Of a DNA stretch of 30,901 nucleotides, positions 28,501 to 30,901 are shown piece by piece. Under the pieces are notes generated by a model. It made no database searches. It was not told the origin of the DNA and saw only the letters and a list, made by a program, of their open reading frames with translations. Source of the stretch: Macrostomum lignano (Eukaryota); contig NIVC01001534.1 of the NCBI GenBank assembly GCA_002269645.1, positions 44,135 through 75,035 of the forward strand. Reading direction: 5' to 3'. Numbering within the stretch: the stretch's first letter is position 1; each line of letters begins with the position of its first letter. The translations under genes were made by a program, and so were the position numbers.

Positions 28501-29148
28501 AAGTATTAGTGCTAACTGTTCCCAAGACTCTTCTTCATAGTATTTTGAAGATGTTGGTGGTATGTAAGAGTTGATAACAGTGAAATTTTTGCTTTTGTCC
28601 TTTTTGTTTTTAAAGTTTAATGTCAAAAAATTGTTGTAATTATTGAATGACTCAGTCACATTGAAATGTGTTTCTAGTGATTTTTTATAAGCAGTCAGTA
28701 GGCCGCCAGATGCCCTACCAGTAGAACTGCTTCCTTTTTTGTTTGCAGACTTTTGGAAAATTGTGTAGTTGTCACGCAATTTGTCAGTGCTGAGAAGCCT
28801 ATCATTGCTTTTTGTGTCAATTATCCAAGTTTCTTGAAGGCAGAAAATATCATGCTTAAAAATTGGTTCAGCTTCTAACAATTCAAGCTTGGGAATCATC
28901 ACTGAGTCTTTTATAGTATAAAGTCCTGTAATATTCCAACTGCTAATTGTGAAATTTTGTTTAATCTTTTTAATATTGAGTTCAGAGAGTTTTGATTTAG
29001 TATTTTGAGATATTTTTATGTTCCTATGAGTGATACTATTATTAATCAAGATAAGATAATCTCTAGTGTACTGAATCCGCTTCTTTTTAGTCCTATTAGC
29101 ATCAGTAGATTTATTAATACATCTAGTATCAAAAAGGTCGGAAGTCAA
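25564..29148 (-). CDS. LINE ORF2: apurinic endonuclease, reverse transcriptase and C-terminal CCHC knuckle (1194 codons, uninterrupted)
   Basis: EN motifs SWN, CLQETW, NSYIPP, GDFNAH, IDLCF, SDH. RT motifs APGHD, NYRGI, QYGF, FVDYEKAFDS, GVLQGNPLS..LF, FADD, KYLG. Knuckle CRLC-x9-H-x4-C. Confidence 0.96.
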   Translation of the reverse strand: MTSDLFDTRCINKSTDANRTKKKRIQYTRDYLILINNSITHRNIKISQNTKSKLSELNIKKIKQNFTISSWNITGLYTIKDSVMIPKLELLEAEPIFKHDIFCLQETWIIDTKSNDRLLSTDKLRDNYTIFQKSANKKGSSSTGRASGGLLTAYKKSLETHFNVTESFNNYNNFLTLNFKNKKDKSKNFTVINSYIPPTSSKYYEEESWEQLALILDAHHSEENIILVGDFNAHTYNTDHIDLHRISTLKAKNISLYRQSQDKKTCKSGRLLNQITNSYNLHIINGRSLSDATGTLTFISKTGSSVIDLCFVSSNLLEHFEDFKVRNHTYLSDHNQIILSLSCKFTAEITETKQATNNQRTKFRILRKLDKPTPQQEKHINCFSDDLKDLENKIPNLDMQNPAFIHNLSKKVQQIQSKITVETKNPLCSALPQFLKDLRNATRHASRRYKMFPTSSNLASKIQLKKTYEKSLISWKHESILCAENMINQAYIQNDTRQLWQLLKPHNRPNNNAAIDEKFVIHFQNLVTEQDSSIRLAYNLHLDNPILTNLEDFNAPFTKEEVIKHIKKLKTDKAPGHDKVYVETLKYLENELTDLLCSLFNEALKQGTFPTSWITNTLHPIYKNKGSSADPNNYRGICIQPIFGKLFCQIIKSRLENLAYANNLISKYQYGFKPNHSTIDQCFNLYNIINQSIYNKNELFIGFVDYEKAFDSLNQPTLWHKTDNQGIKGQMTELIKNMHKNACFILKKDDDDDETQPIPISKGVLQGNPLSTILFELYIDDIVEYLELSSARRSLTRSAFPLILLFADDQAILAKNKDELQDTFTTMENYCKQNYLKVNASKTKFMQGSTRQKNDTESFATKIIYDNQEIEEVNEFKYLGIIFEPKNSFKKCIEHQTKQGYSAMFSLLHKVKNTSLDITLIRRLFDALVTPVITYGCELWGPLATISETKAIDNIQLKFYKYLLNLPKFASNSVISSELELTPISQRIAKTYLTYWLKIRHQKLCQTTLEIFYSNTSQKNPWKTNILKKLESIDLKALTEDKLSQSFNNEKYLVKKHLKIHRERELSQKLENQQHIKLYKNAYLYKKICRPDLSDYFPCTFRNKKFLTTLLKLKCEITPNIFSHEPCRLCGARNGSDILHYLTECPQTEKFRKKYFCQYLLNDKQVHKLGYATNEKRVRKELTGVAKIYEVMNS

Positions 29149-29154
29149 TGAAGT

Positions 29155-29982
29155 TCAAAAAGCTTTGATGAAGGGGACTCCCTTCTTATATGCAATTCGA
29201 ATGTTTTTCTCACCATCTTCTTTCCGTTTTTTCAGCTCTTTGATGACCTTCTGCTTGTACGTACGTTCCTTCTCTGTTAGGTCGTTCTCTATTCTGACTC
29301 TTTGATAGGCAGAACCAGTTTCCGCAGGTTTTTTAGGTTGCCGAAGAAAGCTGCTTTGTCACTTTCGTTTGCAAGGCGAACAACCAGGGGCCTCGGCCGG
29401 TTGCTAAAAGGTTGCTCACGGCCAAGTCGTTTGGTGGCGATAATTGGCACTGTTGATGGGGTGATCTTCAGTCCATCTCGTAGCAAGTTCTCAAGCTCCT
29501 CCGTCTCTTGCAATCCGAAAATTATTATATTATTTTTTTAACATTTCGCAGATTCACTTCTTCTACAATCTCATCGAAGCTTATGTCGTACGTTATTGTT
29601 TGTTTGCCATTTTCGATTGACTCGAGCTCGGCGATGCGTTCCTCCAGGGCGTCCAGTTTAGTATTGATGGCTTTTAATTGCTCTATGTTGTTGATGAGCG
29701 CACGCGCGTGCACCTTACAGTCGCGACAGGTCCAGATGAGCCCATTGTCGCTGGGGCCATTAGCGATTGCGGTAAACACAGGCTTGGCTAGTCCAGAGCA
29801 GGCCTGGTGGCACCAGCGGTGACAGCTCTCGCACTCGATGCCCTCGTGGACTTCAACGTTGCAAGCAAGCAGCTACTGTCCTCGGTCTCTCGTCGGGATT
29901 TGGATCGCGGCGGAAGGGATGCACCTGTTGGTGAAACATCGTGGACTTCCGTGTCATTTTTTCGTTTGCCTTTTTGCGACAT
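29155..29982 (-). pseudogene. LINE ORF1 (PHD finger, coiled coil, RRM-like), broken by three 1-nt deletions; 276 aa when restored
   Basis: C-L-x-C..CESCHRWCHQAC..WTCRDC; INNIEQLKAINTKLDALEERIAELE; KKNNIIIFGLQE; RLG..RPRPLVVRL; RVRIENDLTEKER. Frame changes at ~29865, the A7 run at 29533-29539, and ~29321. Confidence 0.88.
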
Positions 29983-30531
29983 GTCGTTCTCGGATTGTGC
30001 GTTTAGCTGTTAACTACGATAAAACTAAGATATGGCACAAAACTAAGATAAGCAAAATATTATCAAACATTCATAAATTAGCAAATTTGTGATGCACCGT
30101 TAAAATAAAAAATACATCATATTCATTCATAAATAGCACAGATATTTTAGTGAGTGCGTCATGCGCGGTTTAACACTTAATTTACAAGAAAGCAAAAATT
30201 CAAATTTTTAATATTTTACTACAAGGACCTAAAACCATTGCAGAAGTCCTTGCATTTTTAATTGATCGCTTATTGCATATACTGAGTCTTAATTAGATAA
30301 TCAATTAAACCGATCTGTAAAACTTTCAAACAGGATTTATACCTGCTCGTATGAAGTCGAACTCTTTTTTGCCAGGATAAGAAGTCACTTCTATATATTA
30401 TCCATGATCTATGAACGAAAATTGAGGAAACTTGACTAAAAAGGTCGCTATATATATAGTTCGTAATACAAACTTTGCTTAAAATTGCCGTCCAGCTCAA
30501 AATTGTCAAAACTATTGATATAAATGCTCAA

Positions 30532-30669
30532 CCCGTACAGCAATCCGACGTTGGTCGATGTCGGCCGGACGCTCCTCGCGTCTATCGTCGTCTACAGTAT
30601 GACAAAAAACTTACATTACACCGACGTTCAGTTGACGTGTATGACGTCGTTATCCGATTGCTGTACGGG
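30532..30669. mobile_element. 138-bp MITE with 14-bp perfect TIR and 3-bp TSD (CMC/CACTA-like)
   Basis: CCCGTACAGCAATC...GATTGCTGTACGGG, flanked by CAA (30529-31 and 30670-72), with internal GACGT/CCGACGTT subterminal repeats. Confidence 0.85.
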
Positions 30670-30901
30670 CAAAGGGGTCACTTGAAGTTCAAGTAAATGT
30701 CAGGAAGTGCTCAAAGGATACGTAGGTTTGCATACCGATCCGAATCCAATGCACTTGTACTCGTTCATGACGTGACACGCTTTACTCGCAGTCGGGTGCG
30801 CACCGCCCGGTAAGACGCTAATTTTTTAGTGTAGCCGCATCTGATGCGTGCACCAGGATGTCGTCTTGATAAATCAGCAGTCCTTTTGATGTCTCACAAA
30901 A

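Larger units (their letters stand above)
25129..29982 (-). mobile_element. Near full-length non-LTR retrotransposon (APE-RT LINE; CR1/L2-group or RTEX-like, clade unresolved)
   Basis: ORF1 (PHD), ORF2, ~430-nt 3' UTR, terminal hairpin and (CTA)5 tail. The 5' UTR extends an undetermined distance beyond 29982, and no TSD was found. Confidence 0.93.

Noticed and set aside
25100-30300. Target-site duplication for the LINE
   Set aside because: The sequence next to the tail (AATATTGCTTTTTT) has no exact copy beyond the 5' end, so the 5' boundary remains undefined.

Overview
Eukaryotic (animal) genomic DNA with GT-AG introns, AT-rich non-coding tracts and GC3-rich exons. The style fits a lophotrochozoan invertebrate such as a macrostomid flatworm, but the sequence alone cannot establish the species. 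No prokaryotic operon or CRISPR system is present. Three genes can be assembled by hand: (1) cornichon homolog, 2 exons (+, 2451-5498, 143 aa); (2) an apparently unnamed 12-exon type I membrane protein (+, 10163-21197, ~1116 aa) with signal peptide, Lustrin-like, WAP, thyroglobulin-1, divergent Kunitz and unnamed Cys modules, a (STAPP)7 mucin stalk, an SEA-like domain with a GSILV motif, a TM helix and a four-tyrosine tail, with all 11 splice phases closing; (3) TMCO1, 2 exons (-, 23281-22609, 186 aa). Mobile DNA: 5' LTR plus tRNA-Gln PBS and repeat-rich leader of a minus-strand LTR retrotransposon (1-1341); a tRNA-head CORE-like SINE; two MITEs; and a near full-length LINE with intact ORF2, a triple-frameshifted PHD ORF1, and ORF1/ORF2 in the same frame separated by one TGA. 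Several introns of gene 2 each carry a different minisatellite. Domain calls come from motif recognition by eye, not database searches.
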